Shown here in pieces: positions 49,300 through 59,591 of a stretch of DNA of 64,000 bases. The notes under the pieces were generated by a model. The model had not been told where the DNA came from. It made no database searches and saw nothing but the letters and a program-made list of their open reading frames with translations. The translations under genes and the position numbers were made by a program. The DNA comes from Promethearchaeota archaeon. GTDB taxonomy: Archaea; Asgardarchaeota; Lokiarchaeia; Sigyniarchaeales; SOKP01. The DNA lies in the NCBI GenBank assembly GCA_048941285.1, contig JBHLNS010000002.1, forward strand, positions 64,001 through 128,000, read 5' to 3'. Position 1 is the stretch's first letter. Each line of letters begins with the position of its first letter.

Positions 49300-51603
49300 T
49301 CAATTCAATATTAAGAGCTTCCTTTTTTTAGGTAACGATACTTTTTCAACACCTAATTCTTTAACATACTCCACAACATCAGTTAAATTTTTAGCAGACT
49401 GGTGGAAAAAGCAAACTTGTTTTGGTTCTAAATTATTTATCATTTCTCTTAATTGATTTTTATCTGCATGGAGATTTATTTTGATGTGAGGTGCAAAAGT
49501 ATTCAGTAAAAAAGCTCGAAACGGCATTTTCCATGTTTCAGAAAACTCGATTTCATCTGCACCTTCAAGCAGTTCTTCACCGGGCGATTCATGAATCGAT
49601 CCTGCTAGATATACAAAATTGTGAGGACTTCGTCCTACAACATTTATTATGTTTCTTATTAGTCCATAAGAAAGATCTGGAGGATGTGAAATAATAATAT
49701 TATTTTTTTTTCGTAAAAAGTTTAAATTTGAATGATCAAACCATCTAAATTTTATACTATTAAAGGGATTTGCTTTATCTTTAATTAATCTTGAAATTGG
49801 TCCATAAATATATTCATATCGATGGTTTATAACTTGGATATTTTTCCGTACCATCATGTCTACATATATATTAGGTCGTTTTTTGAAACCACGCCTTAAT
49901 TGAAGCTTCCTAAAATATCTCCAAAAGATCAACATAAAACTAATTGCTAAACTAGAAGGATCTGCCCCAATTAAAGAATTATCTCCATATTCTGCTTTCT
50001 GTTCAAGAAATAATATTAAACTATGAAATTGATCAGATATATTCCCAAAATCTTCTTGTGCTGCTGTACCATCGATTAATAAATAATCTACTGGCCGTGA
50101 GATTTGTTCCAAAAATCTTTTTGTTCCAGCAAATGGTGTAATATCAATAAAAGTATAGTCTCCTGTATATAAGAATTTAAAATCATTCACTTTTGCTTGC
50201 ATCATCAATGCCCCAGGCATATGACCTGCATGAAAAAAAGAGAGAAAACAATTGGGTTCTTCAAATTCTATTTTTGTGCCATTTTCCACATAGATTACAT
50301 TTTTAATTATATTTCGATATTCTTCTTCCTCAATCTCATTATATTGTTCTTGTTTTAAATAATTTGAATCTCTTAATAGATATAGATCTAAAGTTATACG
50401 TGAAGATAAGACAGGAATATCTGGAAACATTTTAATTAATTCTTTCAACCCAGAAACATGGTCATAATGACTGTGAGAGATAAAAATGGCATCAATCTTT
50501 GGATTCTTGGGAATATTATCATAAATATTTTCATCAGTATCTTCAGTTTTTGTTTCTTTTCTCTCTTTTTCTGCATCCACAATATTATTAGATAAGTTCT
50601 GTAGATACTCTTCAATATATTTAAAATCGCCTTCCAATTCCTTTTCTTCATCTTTTTCTGAAAGTCCACAATCCAACAATATATTTAATCTTCCTAATCC
50701 TAATATGTGACTATTGTGGTTCGGTTTTAATATAATAGGATAAATAGTGACTCGGATATCATTCGAATTGCCATCCTTTTCAAGTAGAGATAGATTAGAA
50801 AAGTAATCAAGATCATATCTCTTCTCAATTTTATCAATTGCAATAGAAATTTCACTTTTACCAACAGGAACACCGGTAATATAAAAGTACCAACCATATT
50901 TTTTTACAAGGTTCTCTAAATTTTCATACATCTCATCTCCTAAAAGAGATTTGATTACAATCAATTTATCTTCCTGATAATAAATGATTTTTCTCATACC
51001 CTTTTTCTCTTCTGTAGGAACTAATTCATTTTTAAAAAATAAGTCATTAAGAACATCCATTATAGGGGTTTGTACTATATCCTCAAATTTAATTAATTTA
51101 AGATAGTGTCTATATTCTTTTGTATGATAAAGTGGACGCATATTTTTTTTTTGTTTTACTATTATTTTCAAATCTTCAAATTGGAATTCTTCTACGCTAA
51201 TTGTTAATTCAAGTTTTCTTGCTTCTTTTTTTTTAATCTTATCTTTTTCAAATACGTTTTGTTCTAATTTGTTTTCAGATATAAAGAAAAACCAACCATA
51301 ATCTCTAACCAACTTAGCACGATTTTTAATTATATCTTTTCCACTTGGAGTAATTACGATAATTATTCTTTCAATTTCTGAGTAGATTATTTTAGAAATT
51401 GAATTTTTAGTTTTATTTGAGATGAGTTTATCTTTAAAAAATAAATGACTAAGAACATTGTCGATTTGTTTTTGAGGAATTTTATTATCGATCATGAATT
51501 TAAGATTAATTTTATAAGACTTAATCTTAAAAGACGCATCCAATTTCTCTTTTTTTTCAATTGGGATAATCCTATCTGAAAATTTAAATTCCTCAGTAAT
51601 CAT
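49300..51603 (-). CDS. beta-CASP/MBL ribonuclease-like protein with duplicated N-terminal domain
   Basis: LLDCG, ISHSHYDH, AGHMPGA, YTGDY, HAD, final H; probable start ATG 51603. Confidence 0.8.
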   Translation of the reverse strand: MITEEFKFSDRIIPIEKKEKLDASFKIKSYKINLKFMIDNKIPQKQIDNVLSHLFFKDKLISNKTKNSISKIIYSEIERIIIVITPSGKDIIKNRAKLVRDYGWFFFISENKLEQNVFEKDKIKKKEARKLELTISVEEFQFEDLKIIVKQKKNMRPLYHTKEYRHYLKLIKFEDIVQTPIMDVLNDLFFKNELVPTEEKKGMRKIIYYQEDKLIVIKSLLGDEMYENLENLVKKYGWYFYITGVPVGKSEISIAIDKIEKRYDLDYFSNLSLLEKDGNSNDIRVTIYPIILKPNHNSHILGLGRLNILLDCGLSEKDEEKELEGDFKYIEEYLQNLSNNIVDAEKERKETKTEDTDENIYDNIPKNPKIDAIFISHSHYDHVSGLKELIKMFPDIPVLSSRITLDLYLLRDSNYLKQEQYNEIEEEEYRNIIKNVIYVENGTKIEFEEPNCFLSFFHAGHMPGALMMQAKVNDFKFLYTGDYTFIDITPFAGTKRFLEQISRPVDYLLIDGTAAQEDFGNISDQFHSLILFLEQKAEYGDNSLIGADPSSLAISFMLIFWRYFRKLQLRRGFKKRPNIYVDMMVRKNIQVINHRYEYIYGPISRLIKDKANPFNSIKFRWFDHSNLNFLRKKNNIIISHPPDLSYGLIRNIINVVGRSPHNFVYLAGSIHESPGEELLEGADEIEFSETWKMPFRAFLLNTFAPHIKINLHADKNQLREMINNLEPKQVCFFHQSAKNLTDVVEYVKELGVEKVSLPKKRKLLILN

Positions 51604-52020
51604 TAAATTAGTGATATATGCCAAATAAATTAACAATTATGATTTTCTTATTACGTCTTTAAGATAATTATTAAAATTTAATAATTTTAAAGGTAAAACT
51701 TCCTTCTTCAAATATACTACTTTATATAATAAAGTAGAGTGAAAATATCCCCATTTACTGATTTAACGTTTTAATTTGAAGTAAATGTGTAATATTTCAC
51801 ATTTCTAACAACATCAAAAACTCTGTATTAGTTTTTATTCTAATAATAATAACTACTATTTTTATAATAATCTTAGTCAGTTCTATAATGAGTTAGTTGG
51901 ACTAAATGCATTTTTTTTATGTTTTTAAAAGGATTAATGATTCAAATTAAAAAAAAGGATAAATAACCTTCAAAATTTTTTAATATATTTTTCTTCAATA
52001 TATCATTTAAATGCTTAAGT

Positions 52021-52431
52021 TTACTTGTATTTATTAAGTTTAACTTTTTTTAGTGCTGTATTTAAGTCTTCAATAGAATAACCTCTATCTTTTAAACCCT
52101 TCATAACAGTACCAAAATTGAGACCTTTAAGAATATCATTTAAATTTTCTTTCGAGATTTCAATTCCTAATTCAAGTGGTTGAGGTTTTAATGTGTAAAT
52201 TATTCTTGTTATCTCTTCAAATCTAGGTAATAAGAATGTTTCTATTCTATAACTAAATTTTGGAGATACCATTGGAGCTACCGATTGTAAATCTATGCAT
52301 TCAGCAAGTGCATTAATTTGCTTTATACTCAATGTTACAATTCCGTATTCTTTTCCTTTTTTTTTAAAATTGTTTTTTATAAAAATCACATTATTTTCAA
52401 AAATAGCATATTCATATTCATTTCCATCCAT
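52021..52431 (-). CDS. hypothetical protein
   Basis: 136-aa ORF with GGGGA SD, co-oriented with mobA. Confidence 0.7.
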   Translation of the reverse strand: MDGNEYEYAIFENNVIFIKNNFKKKGKEYGIVTLSIKQINALAECIDLQSVAPMVSPKFSYRIETFLLPRFEEITRIIYTLKPQPLELGIEISKENLNDILKGLNFGTVMKGLKDRGYSIEDLNTALKKVKLNKYK

Positions 52432-52473
52432 TATTTAATCCCCACTTTCATATTCATAATTTTATTTAGGCTT

Positions 52474-53133
52474 TTATTCAACTAATTTTATTAATTTAAT
52501 AAGATCTATTGGCCCATTGACATTGATTAAGCTTACTAAATTTTTATCTAATTTTTGAATAGAGTTTTCTACAGAGACATAATTTACGTTCCAATTCTTA
52601 TCTATAAAATTAATCAATCCATAATTTTCAGTAATTAAAATTTCTTTCGCTTTTTGAAACCCCTTTTCAACGGGATAAATCGCGAAAAAAGGTTCTAAGA
52701 AACCATTTTTCCATCTAGGAATACAGCAATCAAATCCTATTGATTCTTTAATCATTAGATTAATTACTTCTGGATTAATTAAAGGCATATCACAGGATAA
52801 TAAAAATATTTTTTCAAAACCCAAATTATTGAGTTCTTTAAACCCAGAATAAATTCCTAACATAGGTTTATAGATTTTGGAATGACCAAAAATTTCTCTA
52901 TCATCTACAATGAAATTAACATCTTTAGGAAAATCTATTTGTTTTTTATAATTAAAGATTTGTTCATCAGAATGAGCAACTAAATAGATATCTTGATCAA
53001 ATTTTGATAAAATGTCTAATTGATGTAAAATTAATGGTTTTCCATAAAATTCAATAATTGGTTTTTCAATACCAAAACGAGTACTTTTTCCACCAATTAA
53101 AATGAGAATTGCTAAATCTTTTTGACTATTCAT
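52474..53133 (-). CDS. mobA: molybdenum cofactor guanylyltransferase
   Basis: ILIGGKSTRFGIEK, PMLGI, LSCDMP, EPFFAIY, NVNGP. Confidence 0.85.
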   Translation of the reverse strand: MNSQKDLAILILIGGKSTRFGIEKPIIEFYGKPLILHQLDILSKFDQDIYLVAHSDEQIFNYKKQIDFPKDVNFIVDDREIFGHSKIYKPMLGIYSGFKELNNLGFEKIFLLSCDMPLINPEVINLMIKESIGFDCCIPRWKNGFLEPFFAIYPVEKGFQKAKEILITENYGLINFIDKNWNVNYVSVENSIQKLDKNLVSLINVNGPIDLIKLIKLVE

Positions 53134-53275
53134 TCTTCTATTTTCTGTTTTAATTAATCTGAAGATCTGTTTTTATTTTTCTATGCTTTTATGTGTTTTA
53201 TATAAAAGATGAAAAGAATTTCTAAAAAAAACTATTTAGATTTTTGTACGAAAGCTCTGAATTTTTTATTCACAT

Positions 53276-53413
53276 TTAATATTCCTCGTCGTCTGCGTCC
53301 CAATCGTCGTCGTCATCTTCGTCCCATTCCTCGTCGTCATCTTCGTCCCAATCATCATCATCGTCAACATCCTCATCCCAATCCTCATCTTCATCTTTCT
53401 TTTTTCCAGTCAT
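53276..53413 (-). CDS. 45-aa extremely acidic Trp-repeat peptide (not in ORF track)
   Basis: MTGKKKDEDEDWDEDVDDDDDWDEDDDEEWDEDDDDDWDADDEEY; GGAG SD 8 nt upstream; mixed synonymous GAT/GAC/GAA/GAG codons. Confidence 0.8.
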   Translation of the reverse strand: MTGKKKDEDEDWDEDVDDDDDWDEDDDEEWDEDDDDDWDADDEEY

Positions 53414-54240
53414 TTTATATCTCCATTATTTTTTATTTATTCTACATTAAAATAATCTTATGTTTTCAATTACGATTAAAAACTTATTATATATTTAAAT
53501 GTTTCTAATTTTAATAACAATATTTAAAATAAAAAAGCTTAATTGATATTTCAATATAATAAAACTTATTAATGGGTACTTATATTGCTTTTAACCATTG
53601 ATTTTTATCATATTTAAAATTATGCTACTCATTTTAAATAAAAATAAGGTTTAATCCACGATAAAAATCTTATGGTTTATACCTTTTTTAAAACCTTTAA
53701 TAAATCTGAGAATATTTTTACTATTAGTTAGAAAGCAAAACTCTATTTTTTTTTATATAAAATTCAATTCCTTTTAAAAATAATGGTAAAATTTTTAGCA
53801 GAAATCACTCAATATTGTAAAATAAGTTGAGAAAGAAGAAATTATGTTAAATCAAATTCACATTTATTTCCTTATGATTAAAACTTAAATTATGCCTAGG
53901 ATTAATGGATTATATTTCTAATGAAAAGAGAATTAGTGATAATAAATTTAGTTTTACCAATCATTATTAGATAGAAATATTTTTAAATTAGCTTAATCTT
54001 ATTTAACTTCAAATATAACCTTTTAATTAAATTATATATAATCAAATTTAAACAACATATCTCAAGGATCCGTTAAAACTGTAGATGATATATAATATTA
54101 ACAGTAATATATTAAGAAATCTTAATCCTAATATTAATCTTTTCCGAGATTGTTTAAAAGTCTTTAGCTTTTTTTTAAGTTATTTAAGGTTTATTTTATT
54201 CATTTTTTATCAAAATTACAAACTTATTTAATTAATAATA

Positions 54241-56172
54241 ATGACAACCCAAAATAGAAGTACAAATATTAAAAAAAAAAATTTTGAAAGTAAAGAAAAA
54301 AATACACCAAAATGTTTAGGTCCTGTTCCAGACTTAGAGAACTATGTTAAGAAGGATTGGTGGAAAAGAATATTTAACGCTTATTATTTAAAAACAGATG
54401 GTGATGTTGTCGACGATCAAAAAATCACTCAATTTGAAGCAAAATATTTTACTAAAGTTATGAACTTTCAACAAGATCATCATATTCTTGACCTTTGCTG
54501 TGGTCAAGGAAGACATTCAATAGAATTAGCTAATAAAGGTTTTAAACATATATTTGGACTAGATCGTTCAAGGTTTTTGATTCAAAAAGCTAAATCAGAT
54601 GCTAAAAAAAAAGGTGTGATTTGTAGATTTCGTGAGGGTGATGCAAGAAAACTACCGTATAGTCCTGATTCATTTGATTCTGTTATGATTTTAGGCAATA
54701 GTTTTGGATATTTTGAATCTATAAATGATGATGTTATGGTTCTTAAAGAAGTTTTTCGTGTTTTAAAACCTTGGGGAAATATATTAATTGATATTACAGA
54801 TGGAGAATATATTAAAAAAAACTTTCAGCAACGTTCATGGGAATGGATTGATAAGAATCTTTTCGTGTGTAGGGAAAGATCTTTATCTTTAGACAAACAA
54901 AAATTAATTTCAAGAGAGGTAATAACTCATGTGAATAAAGGAGTATTAGTTGATCAATTTTATTCTGAAAGACTGTACTCTAAAAATGGCATTTCAAAAT
55001 TATTAAAAAAAGCAGGTTTTAGTGATATAACCTTTCATGACACAATCACTCCTGAATCTCAGAGGGATCAAGATTTAGGTATGATGGAAAAAAGAATTAT
55101 TATTAGTGCTAAGGTTAAAAAAGAATGGACATTGGTTAAAAAGAAGGATATAAAAGTCGGAAGAAACATAGTTGTAGTTTTTGGAGACCCTAATAAACCA
55201 GATTTACTTAAACCTTTAAAAAAATTTGATGATGATGATTTCTATACAATAAATCAATTAAAAGCGGCATTAAAGGAATTAAATGAGTATAATTTTACAT
55301 ATATTGATAACCACACTACTCTTCTTCAAGATTTACGAAATTTAAAGGGAAAAACTGATTTTATATTTAATTTATGTGATGAAGGTTATTTAAATGATGC
55401 TAGAAAGGAATTACACATACCTGCATTATTAGAAATTTTAAATATTCCTTTTACTGGATCCGGCCCTCAATGTCTCGCTTTTTGTTATGATAAATCGTTA
55501 GTAAGAGGTATTGCAAAAGAATTAGGCATTCCGGTTCCTGAAGCTATTTATATTAAGCCTGAAGATAAAATTATTGATTTACCTTTATATTTTCCAGCAA
55601 TTGTGAAGCCTAATTTTGGGGATTCAAGCTTTGGGATCACTCAGAATAGTGTAGTCTCCAATGGAGAAGAATTATTAAGTGCAATTTCAGAAATCCGTGA
55701 AAAATTTGGATATGATAAACCAATTTTAATTGAACAATTTCTTACTGGAAAGGATCTAAGCCTTGGAATTATTGGAAATCCACCTGATAATTACTTTATT
55801 CTTCCTATAATTGAAGAAGACTACTCAAATCTACCTCCAGAATTACCAAAAATATGTGGTTATGAAGCAAAATGGTTGCCAGATTCTCCATATTGGAATA
55901 TTAAATCAATTCCAGCAAGTCTTCCGCAAAATATAATTGAAATAATAGAAACTTGTTCTGTTAAACTATTTGAAAGATTAGAGTGCCAAGATTATGCTCG
56001 TTTTGATTGGCGTTTGGATACTAATGGAAATCCAAAGCTTCTAGAAGTTAATCCCAATCCCGGTTGGTGTTGGGATGGTCATCTCGCAAAAATGTGTAAT
56101 TTTGCTGAGTTGCCATATAAAGATATGCTTAAAAAAATATTAGAAGTGGCAGCGAATAGAATTGGATTCTGA
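54241..56172 (+). CDS. class I SAM methyltransferase fused to D-Ala-D-Ala-ligase-like ATP-grasp domain
   Basis: ILDLCCGQGRH, EGDARKLP, NSFGYF; IPFTGS, DK, IVKP..DSSFGI, EQFLTG, ARFDWR, LEVNPNPG. Confidence 0.88.
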   Translation: MTTQNRSTNIKKKNFESKEKNTPKCLGPVPDLENYVKKDWWKRIFNAYYLKTDGDVVDDQKITQFEAKYFTKVMNFQQDHHILDLCCGQGRHSIELANKGFKHIFGLDRSRFLIQKAKSDAKKKGVICRFREGDARKLPYSPDSFDSVMILGNSFGYFESINDDVMVLKEVFRVLKPWGNILIDITDGEYIKKNFQQRSWEWIDKNLFVCRERSLSLDKQKLISREVITHVNKGVLVDQFYSERLYSKNGISKLLKKAGFSDITFHDTITPESQRDQDLGMMEKRIIISAKVKKEWTLVKKKDIKVGRNIVVVFGDPNKPDLLKPLKKFDDDDFYTINQLKAALKELNEYNFTYIDNHTTLLQDLRNLKGKTDFIFNLCDEGYLNDARKELHIPALLEILNIPFTGSGPQCLAFCYDKSLVRGIAKELGIPVPEAIYIKPEDKIIDLPLYFPAIVKPNFGDSSFGITQNSVVSNGEELLSAISEIREKFGYDKPILIEQFLTGKDLSLGIIGNPPDNYFILPIIEEDYSNLPPELPKICGYEAKWLPDSPYWNIKSIPASLPQNIIEIIETCSVKLFERLECQDYARFDWRLDTNGNPKLLEVNPNPGWCWDGHLAKMCNFAELPYKDMLKKILEVAANRIGF

Positions 56173-56239
56173 CATTAAGATTTTTAACAGTGAGTATTTT
56201 TATTCCAATTAATTTGAGCGTTAGAAAATTCCATTAAGA

Positions 56240-57349
56240 TTATATGAAAAAATCTAACAAGAGTAGTATAAATTCCATAATAAAGACAACGCTAAGCAGA
56301 ATTTCAACATAAAGTAAAAATTTTTCATTAATATTTGTTTGCGAGACATTATAAATGTTTTCTAACGTTTCAAGCCGATGTCTTATACTTTCGCTCCATT
56401 GCTTTAATTGAAATAATTCCGATAAATGAGTATATATTTCAGCTAAAAAGTAATCTCCAATTAGTTTTGACACATTTTCAATATTTTCTAGTAAAAATAA
56501 CAAATCATATCTTAATCGAATTAGCCGTCCAACTTTTCTTTTGAATCGTCTTAATAAACTCCGACTTTTAAAATAAATTTTGCGTATATCTTCTTCTGCT
56601 ATTGCTAATCTTCTATCTAGTAATTTGTCTAGTGTACGTAATTCGAGTAATTGGTAATTAGCAATCTCGACTACATATAAAATATCTTCATAATCATAAT
56701 TAGGATCAATTATTAGCCCTCTATCAAAATCAAATATTATTAGGTCATTTTTCAAATATGAAAAAGGCTTTTTAAGTGTTTTATTAATTTGTTCCTTACT
56801 GAGGTTTAGTTTTGGATTTTCTCCCATAAGTAGAGCTGAAAAGTAACCTTTTTCACTTTCAATCAATTCTTTGGGGTTAGTTAAACTATCAGTAATACAA
56901 TATAACGTATATTTTTCATATTCAGACTCACCAAATATGAATCCTTCTTCTCCTATATAATCTCTTATTTGGTTAAAGACTTTATTCTGATGGAATTTCA
57001 AAAAATTATTTATTTGAAATTCTCCATCAGAAGTCTTAAATTTAATTTTTCTAAGGGTGTGTAATTCATTAAATGAGAAATCTCGAAAAGGTAGTCTGGC
57101 AATTAAAGAGATCACACCATCTGAATATAATTTAACATGTAGAGTTAAATCTTCAACATTTTTTATTTCACAGGATATTTTCTGAGTGACTTCTAATAGT
57201 AAAGGTACGGGAAAGTCTACATAGGAAGGGGTATCTCGAGTTTTAATAATCCTTTTATCTTGAATTGCAGGGATAATTTTCATTACATCTTGTAAATTAA
57301 TGCTACGTCCTACATCAGTCATTCGGAAAAAAATTGCTTCGCCATTCAA
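56240..57349 (-). CDS. hypothetical protein with C-terminal TM (RMD1/DUF155- or CorA-like layout)
   Basis: DVGRSINL, ELRTLDKLLD, NVSKLIGDYFLA, helical C-terminus ending in VEILLSVVFIMEF. Confidence 0.65.
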   Translation of the reverse strand: MNGEAIFFRMTDVGRSINLQDVMKIIPAIQDKRIIKTRDTPSYVDFPVPLLLEVTQKISCEIKNVEDLTLHVKLYSDGVISLIARLPFRDFSFNELHTLRKIKFKTSDGEFQINNFLKFHQNKVFNQIRDYIGEEGFIFGESEYEKYTLYCITDSLTNPKELIESEKGYFSALLMGENPKLNLSKEQINKTLKKPFSYLKNDLIIFDFDRGLIIDPNYDYEDILYVVEIANYQLLELRTLDKLLDRRLAIAEEDIRKIYFKSRSLLRRFKRKVGRLIRLRYDLLFLLENIENVSKLIGDYFLAEIYTHLSELFQLKQWSESIRHRLETLENIYNVSQTNINEKFLLYVEILLSVVFIMEFILLLLDFFI

Positions 57350-57505
57350 TTGGGAAATAACCTTATTATTATTGATGCAATGAAACTTAATTTCAGAATT
57401 TACTTTAAGACTAAATGATTAATTTTAATTTAAATTTAATCAAGTTTAAATTTTTTTTTCACTTTTATAAGAATTATTTTATGATAAATATCTATAGAGC
57501 ATAAA

Positions 57506-58825
57506 ATGTTGGAAGATCTTTGGCTTCTGATTATAATATTTGGTATTTTTGCTATTGTTTTAGTAGGTTACTCATCAAAAAAATTAGATTTTGTAGTAAT
57601 TTCTTTATTTTGTTGCTTTTTAGCGGGAACTATAACTGGTATAGTCAAGAATTTAGATATAGTCGATTTTATATCATTTATTGAATTTGAAGCGATAATC
57701 GTTATTTTATGTATGAGTATTATTACTAAAATTGCGCAGGAATCAAATATTCTAGAATTCTTAGCAGTAAAACTTTTTAAAATCTCAAAGGGTAATAGAA
57801 AAATTTTTTTTTATTTAATCTGTTTTATTACGACTCTTTTAGCGGCAATAATAAGTGATGTTGTCGTAGTATTAATATTAGCTCCAGTTGTAATACGTTT
57901 ATGCCGTTTTTTAAAAATAAAAGCTGGAACTTATTTGTTGGGTATGACAATTTGCATAAATATTGGCTCAATTATAACACCATTTTCTAGTGGAGAAAAT
58001 ATTATTATTGCTGCCGAATTTAACCTTAATACTATTTATTTTATAACCTATTACTGGGGATTCTCTTTTTTCCTTTTATTTATAACCGCTTTTTTAATAG
58101 ATAAAGTGCAATTAAGTAAAGAACCTGAAATAGAAGATCTTCAAAAAAAATATGTTCTTGATCTAGTTGATGCTAAAGTAATGATATCAAATAAAAAAAT
58201 GTTTTATTTCAATAGCATAGCAATTATAATAACAATAGCATTATTCGCAATTCTACCGCTTCTTTACTTAACGGCAGCATTTTCAACATTTTTATTAGTT
58301 TTAATCAATAGGAAATTTACTAAAAAAAAGATGGGTGAATTTTTAAAAGACGTAGAATGGGAAATCATTTTCTTTTTTATTTCATTATATGTAATAGTTG
58401 GCTGTTTAGGAGTAGCAGGTTTTGAGGATCTTTTTAAAGGAATCCCGTTTGAGACTTTAGATCCTTTCTTAGTCAGTTTAATTGTTTTAGTCCTTGTTAG
58501 TTTTGTGTCGGGATTTGTAGCTAATACACCCACCGCTTTAGTATTTATTCCAATTATAAGATTGTTAGTGACTGGAATCTCTGATGGGGGATTTGGGTTT
58601 CCTTCAGTCCCATTATTTTATTCTTTAATAATTGCGGTGAATATTGGAGGAAATTTAATTCCTCAAGGTGCAGCTTGTGATGTAATGACATTAAAAATTG
58701 CGCAAAATAATAATGTTGAGAATTTTAGTTTCAAAAGATTGTTGAAAGTTGGTGCGACCTTTGCCATAATCCATATAGTTTTATCTATTGGATATTTATT
58801 TATATTAACTCTATTTTATGGCTAA
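57506..58825 (+). CDS. ArsB/NhaD/SLC13 (ion transporter superfamily) permease
   Basis: INIGSIITP, DVEWEIIFFF, SGFVANTP, NIGGNLIP. Confidence 0.85.
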   Translation: MLEDLWLLIIIFGIFAIVLVGYSSKKLDFVVISLFCCFLAGTITGIVKNLDIVDFISFIEFEAIIVILCMSIITKIAQESNILEFLAVKLFKISKGNRKIFFYLICFITTLLAAIISDVVVVLILAPVVIRLCRFLKIKAGTYLLGMTICINIGSIITPFSSGENIIIAAEFNLNTIYFITYYWGFSFFLLFITAFLIDKVQLSKEPEIEDLQKKYVLDLVDAKVMISNKKMFYFNSIAIIITIALFAILPLLYLTAAFSTFLLVLINRKFTKKKMGEFLKDVEWEIIFFFISLYVIVGCLGVAGFEDLFKGIPFETLDPFLVSLIVLVLVSFVSGFVANTPTALVFIPIIRLLVTGISDGGFGFPSVPLFYSLIIAVNIGGNLIPQGAACDVMTLKIAQNNNVENFSFKRLLKVGATFAIIHIVLSIGYLFILTLFYG

Positions 58826-58831
58826 ATTTAT

Positions 58832-59578
58832 ATGACCCATAATAGAAAAATTCTTATTGTATTAGTATTAGGAATAGGATTAATTATAGCTTCGATTCCA
58901 ATAATTTTTATAATTATTTCAAATACAAAACAGGATCAAAAAATTAATATTAGTTTTACACCTAAACAAATGAAATCATGCCCTAATCATACTGCTTGGT
59001 TACTTCTAGATATATCAACTAAAACTAGCGATTTAATGTCTAATTTAACTTTTCAGATTAACTTCAATATTTTTATAAAAATGAAGTATGAAGTTTGGGA
59101 GAATTCTCCACAAAATAAGCTAATTGAGATTTTTTTATTTCCCAATATTACTCATATCGACAATTTAATTGAAATTGAGGCCGCAGTACATAGTGAAGGA
59201 ATTTCTAAAAAAGAGTATGCATTTGTTGAAGTCATAAATTGGACAATGTATATTTCTCCTGAAATTATTGCTATGAGAAATGCATTCGTAAATTATTTAT
59301 CTAAAAATCAAACAAGGTTTAAAATAAATGAGACAACACAGTGGGAATGGCTTGGAAATCCACCTCAGATTTTAGTTGTTGAACATTATCTTTTCAAATC
59401 AATATATTGGGAGATGGAATTAAATAGACATGTGATGATTGCACCCGATGATTGGGTGAAAGTCTATCTAAGGCCAAGGTCAAGTTTATTTCCAAACTGG
59501 TCTGGAAGAATTAATTCATGGAGTAGTGGAAATCACACAGTAATAGAAGAAGACCCTCCTAATGAAATTTTCCGTTAA
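58832..59578 (+). CDS. membrane-anchored, probably extracellular hypothetical protein
   Basis: Single N-terminal TM; several N-x-S/T sequons; HVMIAPDDW. Confidence 0.7.
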   Translation: MTHNRKILIVLVLGIGLIIASIPIIFIIISNTKQDQKINISFTPKQMKSCPNHTAWLLLDISTKTSDLMSNLTFQINFNIFIKMKYEVWENSPQNKLIEIFLFPNITHIDNLIEIEAAVHSEGISKKEYAFVEVINWTMYISPEIIAMRNAFVNYLSKNQTRFKINETTQWEWLGNPPQILVVEHYLFKSIYWEMELNRHVMIAPDDWVKVYLRPRSSLFPNWSGRINSWSSGNHTVIEEDPPNEIFR

Positions 59579-59591
59579 GAATCTAAAAAAA

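Noticed and set aside
53281-53397. GC-rich 24-nt periodic repeats as a possible CRISPR array or structured RNA
   Set aside because: No unique spacers and no cas genes; fully explained by Asp/Glu/Trp codons
53209-53508. + strand ORF with Arg/His/Pro repeats (RRHLRP)
   Set aside because: Shadow of the minus-strand acidic peptide gene, which has an SD and synonymous codon variation in its own frame
53414-54240. Long AT-rich intergenic region as a possible replication origin
   Set aside because: No ORB-like G-string repeats and no adjacent cdc6/orc1; the short inverted repeats are expected at this AT content
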